DNA from: Pseudomonadota bacterium
GTDB taxonomy: Bacteria; Pseudomonadota; Alphaproteobacteria; CACIAM-22H2
Reading direction: 5' to 3'
Length of the DNA: 64,000 nt
Assembly (NCBI GenBank): GCA_052387815.1
Contig: JBQTIU010000028.1
Span: 38,506 to 102,505 of the forward strand
Positions 22,588-35,895 of the stretch are shown piece by piece; the stretch's first letter is position 1; each line of letters starts with the position of its first letter. Position numbers and translations under genes: made by a program. The notes under the pieces were generated by a model. The model saw only the letters and a list, made by a program, of their open reading frames with translations, was not told the DNA's origin and searched no databases.

Positions 22588-25299
22588 ATGGATCATGACA
22601 CGAACGGCAATCTCGCCGCGGTCGCTAACGCCGGCGTTCCCGCGTGGCACGCGCTGTCGTTCGAGGAAACCGCCGAACATCTGAATGCGTCCCCTAACCT
22701 CGGGCTTTCGCATGAGGAAGCAGCCCGCCGCCTCTCCATTCACGGCCGCAACGAGATTCGTGAGGAGGGGCGACGCAGCGTGTGGAAAATTCTTCTCGGT
22801 CAGTTCACCGATTTCATGATCATTCTTCTGATCTTGGCCGCGGCCATCTCTGGAATCGTCGGCGAGCCCGAGGATGCCATCGTGATCCTGGCGATCGTCG
22901 TGCTGAATGCGTTGATCGGATTCATTCAAGAATACCGCGCCGAGCGCGCATTACAGGCTCTGAGAAAGCTGGCGGCGATCCGCGCCAAGGTCATTCGGGA
23001 CGGTCATATCACCACCATTCTCGCACCTGAACTGGTGCCTGGAGACGTCGTCCTATTGGAGGCAGGCAGTGGCGTGCCTGCCGACCTTCGGCTCATGGAG
23101 GTCATACAACTAAAGATCGAAGAAGCGGCACTGACCGGGGAATCCCAGCCGGTCGAGAAAAGCACCGCTTCGCTAAGCGATCGAGAGTCGCCGTTGGGCG
23201 ACAGGATAAACATGGCCTACACCGGAACGATCGTGACCTACGGTCGGGGCCGCGGCATTGCCGTCAGTACCGGCATGCGGTCGGAGCTCGGAAAAATCGC
23301 CACCCTCCTGGCGGCCACGGAGGAGCCCAAGACGCCCCTGCAAAGGCGTCTCGCCAAGTTCGGCAAGCAATTGGCTCTGGCCGCGATCGGAATATGCATC
23401 TTGGTCTTTATCGGCGGCGTGGCGCGGGGCGAATCGATTTTGCTGATGTTTCTCACCGCGGTCGCCCTAGCCGTGGCGGCCGTTCCGGAAGCCTTGCCGG
23501 CGGTGGTGACCATATCCTTGGCGCTTGGGGCCCAGAGAATGGTCGGCAAGAATGTCTTGATCCGCCGGTTGCCCGCGGTGGAGACGTTGGGCTCGGTGAC
23601 GTACGTCTGTTCCGATAAAACCGGAACGCTCACGGAAAATAAAATGCGTGCCGAGGCGTACTTCATAAACGGCGGTATCCTTGACGAGGTATCGGAAACG
23701 GTCGTTCAGCAACCATCCTGCCGTTTGTTGTTCTCGGCGCTCGCGCTAAACAACGATGCCAACACGGATAAAGACGGCAGGGTGATCGGTGACCCAACGG
23801 AAGCAGCCCTGTACGGCGCCGCGCGACTTGCCGGCTACGACAAGACGGCACTGGAACGAGACATGCCCCGCATCGCGGAGCTGCCGTTCGATTCGGAGCG
23901 CAAGTGCATGACCACGCTGCACCGCGGGCATACCGGCGTGGTCGCGTTCACCAAGGGTGCGCCCGAAAGGGTGATCGAGCGATGCGCGATGTGCCTGACG
24001 GATGCGGGATTGGGTCGAATCGACGTAAGATCGCTGATACATCAAGCCGACCAGATGGCGTCGCAAGGCCTGCGCGTGCTTGCCGTCGCACATCGGGAGT
24101 GGCCGGATCTCCCAGCGGATCTGTCGCCGCACTTTGTCGAACGCGACCTGGTGTTCATTGGCCTGGTCGGTCTCATCGACCCCCCTCGGCCGGAGGTGGC
24201 GGCCGCCGTGGCGGAATGCAAATCGGCCGGCGTCACACCGATCATGATCACCGGGGACCATCCGTTGACGGCGCGTGCGATCGCATCGCGTGTAAATATC
24301 ATCAACGACGGCGGCCTCGTCGTGACCGGTCGACAGCTGGCGCAGATGACCGGCGATAGCCTGGCCGAACAGGTCAACGACATCGGCGTTTACGCCCGGG
24401 TCGACCCGGAGCAGAAGATAAGAATCGTGCAAGCGTTGCAGGACAAGGGTGAATTCGTTGCCATGACCGGCGATGGCGTCAATGACGCGCCGGCATTGAA
24501 GCGTGCCGATATCGGCGTTGCGATGGGCAATATCGGCACCGATGTCGCCCGAGAAGCGTCGCATATGGTGCTACTCGATGATAACTTCGCCAGCATCGTG
24601 GCCGCTGTACGCGAGGGGCGGCGCATTTACGACAACATCCGCCGGTTCGTAAGATATGCATTGGCCGGTAATACCGGCGAGATCGTGACGATCGCCGTGG
24701 CACCGTTTCTGGGTTTGCCGCTGCCGCTCCTGCCGATCCATATCTTGTGGGTCAACCTGGTCACCGATGGACTGCCGGGGTTGGCATTGGCCGTGGAACC
24801 AGCCGAGAAGGGGATCATGCAACGACCCCCGCGGCATCCCAGGGAAAGCATTTTTTCTCGCGGTTTGGGAATACAAGTCGTATGGGTCGGGCTCTTGATT
24901 GGGGGCTTGTCCATTTTCACCCAAGTGTGGGCGATGGGGAACGGGTCGGAGAACTGGCAGACCATGGTGTTTACCACTCTGACGTTCGCCCAGCTATTTC
25001 AGGTGATGGCGATACGTTCGGATCGCGAGTCGCTCTTCCAGCAGGGACTCGGATCCAACTTGCCGTTGCTTGGCACAGTGGTGCTGACCACGGCCCTGCA
25101 ATTGGTGGTGATTTATTCTCCATTCCTGAACGACCTGCTTAAGACACGGCCCTTGAGCCTGGACGAGCTGGCGTTCTGTTTCTTTGTGCCGAGCACGGTA
25201 TTTGCTGCCATCGAGGCAGAGAAGTGGCTCACTCGGAAAGGTTGGAGCCATCGTCATGCAGCGAGCCAACTGGCGGAGCGAGTGCGCTGCTCTCGATGA
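22588..25299 (+). CDS. Cation-transporting P-type ATPase, type IIA (Ca2+/Mn2+; YoaB-like)
   Basis: TGES, VPEALP, DKTGT, KGAPE, MITGDH, GDGVNDAPAL, ILWVNLVTDGLP; alternative start 22567. Confidence 0.95.
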   Translation: MDHDTNGNLAAVANAGVPAWHALSFEETAEHLNASPNLGLSHEEAARRLSIHGRNEIREEGRRSVWKILLGQFTDFMIILLILAAAISGIVGEPEDAIVILAIVVLNALIGFIQEYRAERALQALRKLAAIRAKVIRDGHITTILAPELVPGDVVLLEAGSGVPADLRLMEVIQLKIEEAALTGESQPVEKSTASLSDRESPLGDRINMAYTGTIVTYGRGRGIAVSTGMRSELGKIATLLAATEEPKTPLQRRLAKFGKQLALAAIGICILVFIGGVARGESILLMFLTAVALAVAAVPEALPAVVTISLALGAQRMVGKNVLIRRLPAVETLGSVTYVCSDKTGTLTENKMRAEAYFINGGILDEVSETVVQQPSCRLLFSALALNNDANTDKDGRVIGDPTEAALYGAARLAGYDKTALERDMPRIAELPFDSERKCMTTLHRGHTGVVAFTKGAPERVIERCAMCLTDAGLGRIDVRSLIHQADQMASQGLRVLAVAHREWPDLPADLSPHFVERDLVFIGLVGLIDPPRPEVAAAVAECKSAGVTPIMITGDHPLTARAIASRVNIINDGGLVVTGRQLAQMTGDSLAEQVNDIGVYARVDPEQKIRIVQALQDKGEFVAMTGDGVNDAPALKRADIGVAMGNIGTDVAREASHMVLLDDNFASIVAAVREGRRIYDNIRRFVRYALAGNTGEIVTIAVAPFLGLPLPLLPIHILWVNLVTDGLPGLALAVEPAEKGIMQRPPRHPRESIFSRGLGIQVVWVGLLIGGLSIFTQVWAMGNGSENWQTMVFTTLTFAQLFQVMAIRSDRESLFQQGLGSNLPLLGTVVLTTALQLVVIYSPFLNDLLKTRPLSLDELAFCFFVPSTVFAAIEAEKWLTRKGWSHRHAASQLAERVRCSR

Positions 25300-25433
25300 T
25301 GGACGATGGTTGCTCAAGAAATAGCGTATGATGAAGTGCCAAGCGATTGGTCGGGGTTCGCGAGTCCGGTTGGCAGCCCCGCCCCGCCGCCGCTACTCGC
25401 GCGCCGGCCCGCGCCGGCGGATCAGCATAAGAT

Positions 25434-25513
25434 TCTTTCGTCACCAAGCAGCGTTATATTTGCATGGTCTGAAGCCCGCCCGGACCCGGGTCCGGCCACG
25501 GGCGGGTTGCGCC
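25434..25513 (+). repeat. 80-bp direct repeat, right copy (65 bp upstream of the aminopeptidase P start)
   Basis: Matches 20945-21024 with one mismatch; contains the 16-bp palindrome CCGGACCCGGGTCCGG. Confidence 0.95.
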
Positions 25514-25578
25514 GCCGAGGGCCCGAGCCTAGCTTGTCGCCTCACCCTCGCAAGGGGTTGAAAAGGAGGAATCCTTAG

Positions 25579-27678
25579 GTGGCGAACGATTCGGCGTGCC
25601 GGTTGAAATATCAGGGCGATGCGGCGCTCGACCGGCTCTTGGCGAAGGCCGGGTCGCCCTATGGGGCGGCGGCGGCGCGGGCGCTCCTTGCCGGCGTGGT
25701 CGCCGCGCCCGAGCCGGACGGCAGACCCGCGGCGGCGTGGATGTCGCTGGTGGCTGCCGATCCCGGCCCGGCCCTCCAGGCGCAGCTCGCGGCGCTCAAG
25801 GCCGAGCTGGCGAGCGCGGGCGGCGACTCCGCAACGGCGCGGTGGACGCCGGCGCGGCTGGCCGAGTTCCGCGCCGAGCTGACGGGGCGCAATCTCGCCG
25901 GCTTCGTCCTGCCGCGCGGCGATGAGCACCAGGGCGAATACGTGGCGCCGCGCGCCGAGCGGCTGGCGTGGCTGACCGGGTTCACGGGCTCGGCGGGCCT
26001 TGCGATCGTGCTCCAAGAACGCGCCGCGATCTTCGTCGACGGCCGCTACACCCTCCAGGTGCGCGCCGAGGTCGATGTCGGCCTCTTCGAGCCGCGCCAC
26101 CTGATCGACGAACCGCCGGCCGACTGGCTCGCCGCCGCCGTGCCGGCCGGTACACGCATCGGCTTCGATCCCTGGCTGCACACGGCCGAGGGCATCGCCA
26201 AGCTCAAGGCCGCGTGCGCCAAGGCGGACGCCGAGCTCGTCGCGGTCGAGGGCAACCCGGTCGACGCCATCTGGAAGGACCAGCCGCCGCCCCCGATCGC
26301 CCCCGTGGTTCCCCACGACCTCCGTTTCGCCGGCCGCGCCGCCGGCGACAAACGCGCCGAGCTCGCCCACAAGCTCGCCGCCGACGGCTTCGCGGCGGCG
26401 GTGCTCACGGCGCCGGATTCGATCGCCTGGCTGCTCAATATCCGCGGCGGCGACGTGCCGCACACGCCGTTGGCCCTGTCGTTCGCGATTCTCAACCGGG
26501 ACGGCGGGCTCGACCTGTTCATCGATGCGCGCAAGCTCGCGCCGGGCACGGCCGCTCATCTCGGCACCTGGGTCCGGGTGCATGCGCCCGAGGCGCTCGG
26601 CCCCGAGCTCGACCGCGCGTGCCGGGCGGCGAGCCGCCCCAAGGCGCGCATCCTCGTCGATGCCGCAACCGCGTCGGTGTGGATCGGCGAGCGGATCGAG
26701 AAGGCCGGCGCCGAGGCGGTGCGCGGGCAGGACCCGTGCGCGCTGCCCAAGGCGTGCAAGAACGACACCGAGCTCGAGGGCGCGCGCCTGGCCCACCGGC
26801 GGGACGGCGCGGCCATGGCCCGCTTCCTCGCTTGGCTGGCCGGGGAGGCGCCCAAGGGCGCGCTCGGCGAACTCGACGCCGCACGGCACCTCCTCGAATG
26901 CCGGTGCGCCGGCGAGAACTTTCGCGACTTGAGCTTCACGACGATTTCGGGCGCCGGCCCGAACGGCGCCATCGTCCATTACCGCGTCACTGCTGCGACC
27001 AACCGCCGCCTCGCGCCCGATATGATCTACCTCGTCGACTCGGGCGCCCAGTACCTCGAGGCGACCACCGACGTGACCCGCGCCGTGGCCATCGGCCGGC
27101 CGACCGCCGAGCAGCGCGACCGCTTCACCCGCGTGCTCAAGGGCCATATCGCAATCGCCACCGCCCGCTTCCCCAAGGGCACCACCGGCCCGCAGCTCGA
27201 TATCCTCGCCCGCCAGGCGCTGTGGGCGGTCGGGCTCGACTACGACCATGGCACCGGCCATGGGGTGGGAAGCTATCTCGCGGTCCACGAAGGGCCGCAG
27301 CGCATCGCCAAACTCCCCAACCCGGCGGCCCTGCGGCCGGGCATGATCGTGTCCAACGAGCCCGGCTACTACAAGGCGGGCGAGTACGGCATCCGCACCG
27401 AGAACCTGGTGGCGGTGCGCGAGGTCGAGGTGCCGGTCGCGCCCGGCGATGCCGAGGGCGGGCGCAAGATGCTCGGCTTCGAGACGCTGACGCTGGTCCC
27501 CATCGACCGGGCGCTGATCGAGGTCGCGCTCCTGGGCGCGGACGAGCGCGCCTGGCTCGACGCCTATCATGAGCGGGTGCGCGAGACGATCTCGCCGCTG
27601 GTCGATGCCGCGACGGCCGGCTGGCTCGCCGCCGCCACGCGGCCGCTGCGCGCGCAACGGCGACACTCGACGCCATGA
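25579..27678 (+). CDS. Xaa-Pro aminopeptidase (M24B) with ~90-aa N-terminal extension
   Basis: DEHQGEYV, WLTGFTGSAG, DGRYTLQ, DSGAQY, DVTR, HGTGHGVG, VHEGP, NEPGYY, GIRTEN; AGGAGG RBS before GTG 25579. Confidence 0.95.
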   Translation: MANDSACRLKYQGDAALDRLLAKAGSPYGAAAARALLAGVVAAPEPDGRPAAAWMSLVAADPGPALQAQLAALKAELASAGGDSATARWTPARLAEFRAELTGRNLAGFVLPRGDEHQGEYVAPRAERLAWLTGFTGSAGLAIVLQERAAIFVDGRYTLQVRAEVDVGLFEPRHLIDEPPADWLAAAVPAGTRIGFDPWLHTAEGIAKLKAACAKADAELVAVEGNPVDAIWKDQPPPPIAPVVPHDLRFAGRAAGDKRAELAHKLAADGFAAAVLTAPDSIAWLLNIRGGDVPHTPLALSFAILNRDGGLDLFIDARKLAPGTAAHLGTWVRVHAPEALGPELDRACRAASRPKARILVDAATASVWIGERIEKAGAEAVRGQDPCALPKACKNDTELEGARLAHRRDGAAMARFLAWLAGEAPKGALGELDAARHLLECRCAGENFRDLSFTTISGAGPNGAIVHYRVTAATNRRLAPDMIYLVDSGAQYLEATTDVTRAVAIGRPTAEQRDRFTRVLKGHIAIATARFPKGTTGPQLDILARQALWAVGLDYDHGTGHGVGSYLAVHEGPQRIAKLPNPAALRPGMIVSNEPGYYKAGEYGIRTENLVAVREVEVPVAPGDAEGGRKMLGFETLTLVPIDRALIEVALLGADERAWLDAYHERVRETISPLVDAATAGWLAAATRPLRAQRRHSTP

Positions 27679-28502
27679 CCCGCGACCAAGCCATCCGCAT
27701 CCTCCACGACCATGCCGGCGAAATCCGCGCTCGCGGCGTGACCCGCTTGGCGCTGTTCGGTTCGACCGTTCGCGGCGGAGCTCGCGCCGACAGCGATGTC
27801 GACCTCCTGGTGGATATCGACCGGAGGCGAAAATTTTCGCTGCTCGATCAGGCCGGCCTGCAAATATTTCTGGGGGAGATGCTCGACTGCGAGGTCGAAG
27901 TGGCGACGCGCGACGGCCTCAAGCCGTTCCTCAAGGACAACATCCTCGCCGAAGCGGTTGAAGTCTTTCCCGAGCTCGGGCGACGCAACGATGTGGAGGG
28001 AGAATCAGACATGCCGCGCCGCAATCCGCGCCAGCCACTCGAGGACATGCTGGAGGCCGTCGATGCCATCGACCGCTTCCTGGCCGGCAAGTCGTTCGCG
28101 GATTACCTGGCGACGGACATAATGCGGGCGGCCGTCGAGCGGAATATCGAGATCATCTCCGAGGCTTCGCGTCAGATCCCGAAGGACTTGACCGCCCGGC
28201 ATCCCGGGATTGCCTGGAAGGACATCGCCGGCATCGGCAATATCCTTCGCCACGGCTACGAGATCATCGAGGATGAGCGAATCTGGGCCGTGGCGCGCGG
28301 CCGTCGAAGCGATGATCCGCGACGGCGAGCGGCGCGGCGGGAGGAGGGGCGGCTTTTGATTCCGCCTCCGCGTCATTCCCCCGGTAGGGGCGAGGCCGCG
28401 AGGCCGCGAGGCAGCGCCTCGCGCCTCGCCGGTTTGCAACCCGCCCGCGTGGGCGGGTTAAAAACCCGCCCCTACCACGGCAATGGCGGTGGCATTTCGT
28501 AG
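27675..28502 (+). CDS. In-frame fusion of MNT nucleotidyltransferase (MntA-like) and HEPN/DUF86 (HepT-like); C-terminus frameshifted
   Basis: LFGSTVRG..SDVDLLV MNT motif; second domain from ATG 28011 with AVERNIEIISEA, IAWKDIAGIGNILRHGY. Confidence 0.85.
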   Translation: MTRDQAIRILHDHAGEIRARGVTRLALFGSTVRGGARADSDVDLLVDIDRRRKFSLLDQAGLQIFLGEMLDCEVEVATRDGLKPFLKDNILAEAVEVFPELGRRNDVEGESDMPRRNPRQPLEDMLEAVDAIDRFLAGKSFADYLATDIMRAAVERNIEIISEASRQIPKDLTARHPGIAWKDIAGIGNILRHGYEIIEDERIWAVARGRRSDDPRRRAARREEGRLLIPPPRHSPGRGEAARPRGSASRLAGLQPARVGGLKTRPYHGNGGGIS

Positions 28503-28549
28503 GGGCGGGTCTGTGACCCGCCCGGACGGGTCTTGAGACCCGCCCCTGC
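28384..28549. repeat. Cluster of GTAG-type REP palindromes
   Basis: GTAGGGGCGAGGC..GCCTCGCC (28384-28430), GGGCGGGTTAAAAACCCGCCCCTAC (28451-28475), GTAGGGGCGGGTCTGTGACCCGCCC (28499-28523), degenerate inverse copy (28524-28549). Confidence 0.8.
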
Positions 28550-28573
28550 GCATGATCGTCAGCCTCCCATGCA

Positions 28574-28897
28574 TCAGAAATTGGCGCCGAAGGCGAAGCG
28601 CTCGCCCGGATAAGCCGCGGCGAAGCGGTGGAGGTCGAGGCACATCTCGATGAACCCTTCCTCGTAGTCGAAGGAATATGCGTCCGCCATGGTCTTGAGC
28701 TGGCGCATCTCCTTGGCCGTCAGCACGAGGACGGAACCCTCGCCGGCCGCGGACGGCTCGAGCCTTCCGAGCTCGAAGAACTCGACCACGTCTTCGAGCG
28801 CGTAGTCGCCGCCTTGGTAGTGATGGACGAGCACCGGTTCGCCGTCCGGTCCCGCCGCGTAAACTCCTTCCCTGGCGCCCGTCGTCTCGTCGCCCAT
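28574..28897 (-). CDS. Hypothetical acidic protein (107 aa)
   Basis: Host-like codon usage, start 10 nt downstream of the ligA stop, protein-like composition. Confidence 0.7.
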   Translation of the reverse strand: MGDETTGAREGVYAAGPDGEPVLVHHYQGGDYALEDVVEFFELGRLEPSAAGEGSVLVLTAKEMRQLKTMADAYSFDYEEGFIEMCLDLHRFAAAYPGERFAFGANF

Positions 28898-28907
28898 GGC
28901 GCGGCCC

Positions 28908-33549
<4,642 letters not shown>

Positions 33550-33605
33550 GGCCGGAAACTATACCGAGGACGCGGCCGCATTTCCAGGCATCGGCCCATG
33601 AATTG

Positions 33606-33641
33606 GGGTCAGACTCGATTTAATTAAATCGAGTCTGACCC
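33606..33641. repeat. Perfect 36-bp palindrome (GGGTCAGA/TCTGACCC-type REP-like)
   Basis: GGGTCAGACTCGATTTAATTAAATCGAGTCTGACCC equals its own reverse complement. Confidence 0.9.
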
Positions 33642-33657
33642 ATTTTTCCCATTTTTA

Positions 33658-34578
33658 CTAGTCGTCGCCCGGCACCGGTGCAAGGGCCTTGGGCGTGCGG
33701 CGGACGGTTTCGCGGTGGAGAATGTAAAGGCCGCTGGCGGCGACGATGACGGCGCCCGCGACCATGGGAAGCGTCGGCACATCGCCCCAAACCAGGTAGC
33801 CGAACAATACCGCCCAGATCATCGCCGTGTAAGTGAACGGGGCGGCAACCGCCGCCGGGGCGAAGCGGAAGGCCTGGATCCACATGAACTGACTGGCGCC
33901 CGAGATGAGGCCGGCGGCCGCCAGCATCCCGGCATCGACCCAGGTCGGCGTGACCCAGCCGAAGGGCAGCAGCAGGACGCTCAACAGCGAGGCGGTCGCG
34001 ATCTGGTAGAAGACCGTGGTGGTGCTGGACTCGGTCACGCTCATCCGGCGGACGATGATCGAGACCAGCGCGACCAAGACCGCATTGGCAAGCACGAGGA
34101 GCGCGCCCAGCTCGATCATGCCCGCCCCCGGTCGGACCATGATCAGCACGCCCGCGAAGCCGACCAGGACCGCCGTCCAGCGATGGATGCGGACCTGTTC
34201 GCCGAGCAGCGGGATCGACAGCACGGTCAAGAACAGCGGCGAGGAAAACGACAGCGCCACCACATCGGCGAGCGGCATCAGGCCCAACGCGATGAAGGAG
34301 CAGAACATGGCGGCGAACTGCATGAGCGAGCGCAAGGCATGGAGCCCAAGCCGCTCCGTCCTGAGGGCGGAGATGCCGCCATGGGTCATGACCAGGACCA
34401 GGCAGGGCAGGAGCGCGAAAACCGAGCGGAAGAACACGACCTCGGTGACCGGGTAAACGGCGACCAGCCACTTGATGAGGACGCTGACCACGGAAAACAG
34501 CACAACGGCCGCGACCATGTATCGTATGCCGCGCCAGATATCGTCGCGGGAGGGCGTCGGCATCACGAAGTTCGGCAT
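33658..34578 (-). CDS. DMT/EamA family transporter
   Basis: About ten hydrophobic helices, FFRS, MPLAD, LLGEQV, APFTY. Confidence 0.92.
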   Translation of the reverse strand: MPNFVMPTPSRDDIWRGIRYMVAAVVLFSVVSVLIKWLVAVYPVTEVVFFRSVFALLPCLVLVMTHGGISALRTERLGLHALRSLMQFAAMFCSFIALGLMPLADVVALSFSSPLFLTVLSIPLLGEQVRIHRWTAVLVGFAGVLIMVRPGAGMIELGALLVLANAVLVALVSIIVRRMSVTESSTTTVFYQIATASLLSVLLLPFGWVTPTWVDAGMLAAAGLISGASQFMWIQAFRFAPAAVAAPFTYTAMIWAVLFGYLVWGDVPTLPMVAGAVIVAASGLYILHRETVRRTPKALAPVPGDD

Positions 34579-34787
34579 CTGCTGAGGTCCAGGATCGGAG
34601 GCGGTCGATCACCGGGGATCGATGTCGTGGGGCAAGTCGATGACCCGACGGTCGATGACCCCGCCTGCACCTAATATCCGCCGATGGCCACACCCGCGCC
34701 CAATGCGTTTATTGCAAGGCTGGGTTTCGCCTTTGCGCGCGCCAGTTGACGAAATCTTGACCCTGGAGCGGGGCCGGGGCGGGCGAG

Positions 34788-35747
34788 TCAATCGCCGGCG
34801 GCGCGGTAGCCGGATTGGGTGTGGTGGAGGGAGCGCCGGGAAGCAGCGTCCAGCCGGTCCTCGGTCAAGTCGACATAGCGCCACGCCTGGGGCCGGGCGA
34901 ACACGGCGCGCAAGACCTCGTGGTTGAGCCGGTGGCCCGAGCGCACGCCCCGCACATGGCCGAGGATCGGCGCGCCGGCGAGGTAGAGGTCGCCCACGCA
35001 GTCGAGCACCTTGTGGCGGACGAACTCGTCCTCGTAGCGCAGGCCGTCCTTGTTGAGGATACGGTCGCCGCTGATCACCACGGCGTTGTCGAGCGAGCCC
35101 CCGCGCGCCAGGCCGGCGGCGCGCATTTTGCCGATTTCGTGATCGAAGCCGAAGGTCCGCGCACGGGCGAGCTCGGCCTTGAAGACGCCGGCCGCAACCG
35201 CGAGGTAGTAGTCCTGGCGGGCGACCAGCGTGTCCCTGAAATCGATCTCGAAGCTGATCGAGAAGCCGGGGGCGGGCGTGAGCGAGACGCTGCGATCCTC
35301 GTGCTCGATCGTCACCCGGCGCACGATCTCGATCGCCCGCCGGGGGGCCTCCTGCTCGAAGATGCCTGCGCATTCGATGAGGAACACGAACGGCTCGGCG
35401 CTGCCGTCCATGATCGGCACTTCCGGACCGTCGATGTCGACGATCGCGTTGTCGATCTCGCAACCATAGAAGGCCGCCATCAGGTGTTCGACCGTGCCGA
35501 CCCGCACGCCGTCCCCGTTGCCCAAGGTCGTGCACAGCCGGGAATCGACGACGTGGTGCCAGTCGGCGGGGATCGCCCGTCCGTTCGACCCTGCGGGGGC
35601 GGCGATATCGGTGCGGCGGAAGACGATGCCCGCCCCGGCCGCCGCCGGGTGGAGGGTCATCGATACCTTGGCGCCGCTGTGCAGGCCGGCGCCCCTGCAG
35701 CGGATCGATGTCTTCAGGGTCTTCTGACGGACGGCGCGACCTGCCAT
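34788..35747 (-). CDS. lpxC: UDP-3-O-acyl-N-acetylglucosamine deacetylase
   Basis: [31 protein letters not shown]. Confidence 0.97.
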   Translation of the reverse strand: MAGRAVRQKTLKTSIRCRGAGLHSGAKVSMTLHPAAAGAGIVFRRTDIAAPAGSNGRAIPADWHHVVDSRLCTTLGNGDGVRVGTVEHLMAAFYGCEIDNAIVDIDGPEVPIMDGSAEPFVFLIECAGIFEQEAPRRAIEIVRRVTIEHEDRSVSLTPAPGFSISFEIDFRDTLVARQDYYLAVAAGVFKAELARARTFGFDHEIGKMRAAGLARGGSLDNAVVISGDRILNKDGLRYEDEFVRHKVLDCVGDLYLAGAPILGHVRGVRSGHRLNHEVLRAVFARPQAWRYVDLTEDRLDAASRRSLHHTQSGYRAAGD

Positions 35748-35895
35748 GGTCTGGACTCCTCAAGGGGTTCGGCGGTTGTTGTGCCTTGAACCCAAATCCG
35801 CCAGGCGCTTCCGAGGGGGTGTTACCAACCGCCCGGGAAGCACTCAAGTCACTCTTTATTACAGATTGTTACGATCGCGGCTTCAGGTCATTGAT

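Larger units (their letters stand above)
20945..25513. mobile_element. Putative small genomic islet bounded by direct repeats (xerC remnant, Mn riboswitch, USP, P-type ATPase)
   Basis: 80-bp flanking repeats, tyrosine recombinase remnant at the left edge, visibly lower GC and more A/T-ending codons from ~21800 to ~25350. Confidence 0.65.

Noticed and set aside
28384-28549. CRISPR-like array
   Set aside because: Repeats are inverted hairpins without regular unique spacers; no cas genes seen in the window
34604-34662. Short GTCGATGACCC-like repeats upstream of the DMT gene
   Set aside because: Only 2-3 imperfect copies with irregular spacing; no function can be supported
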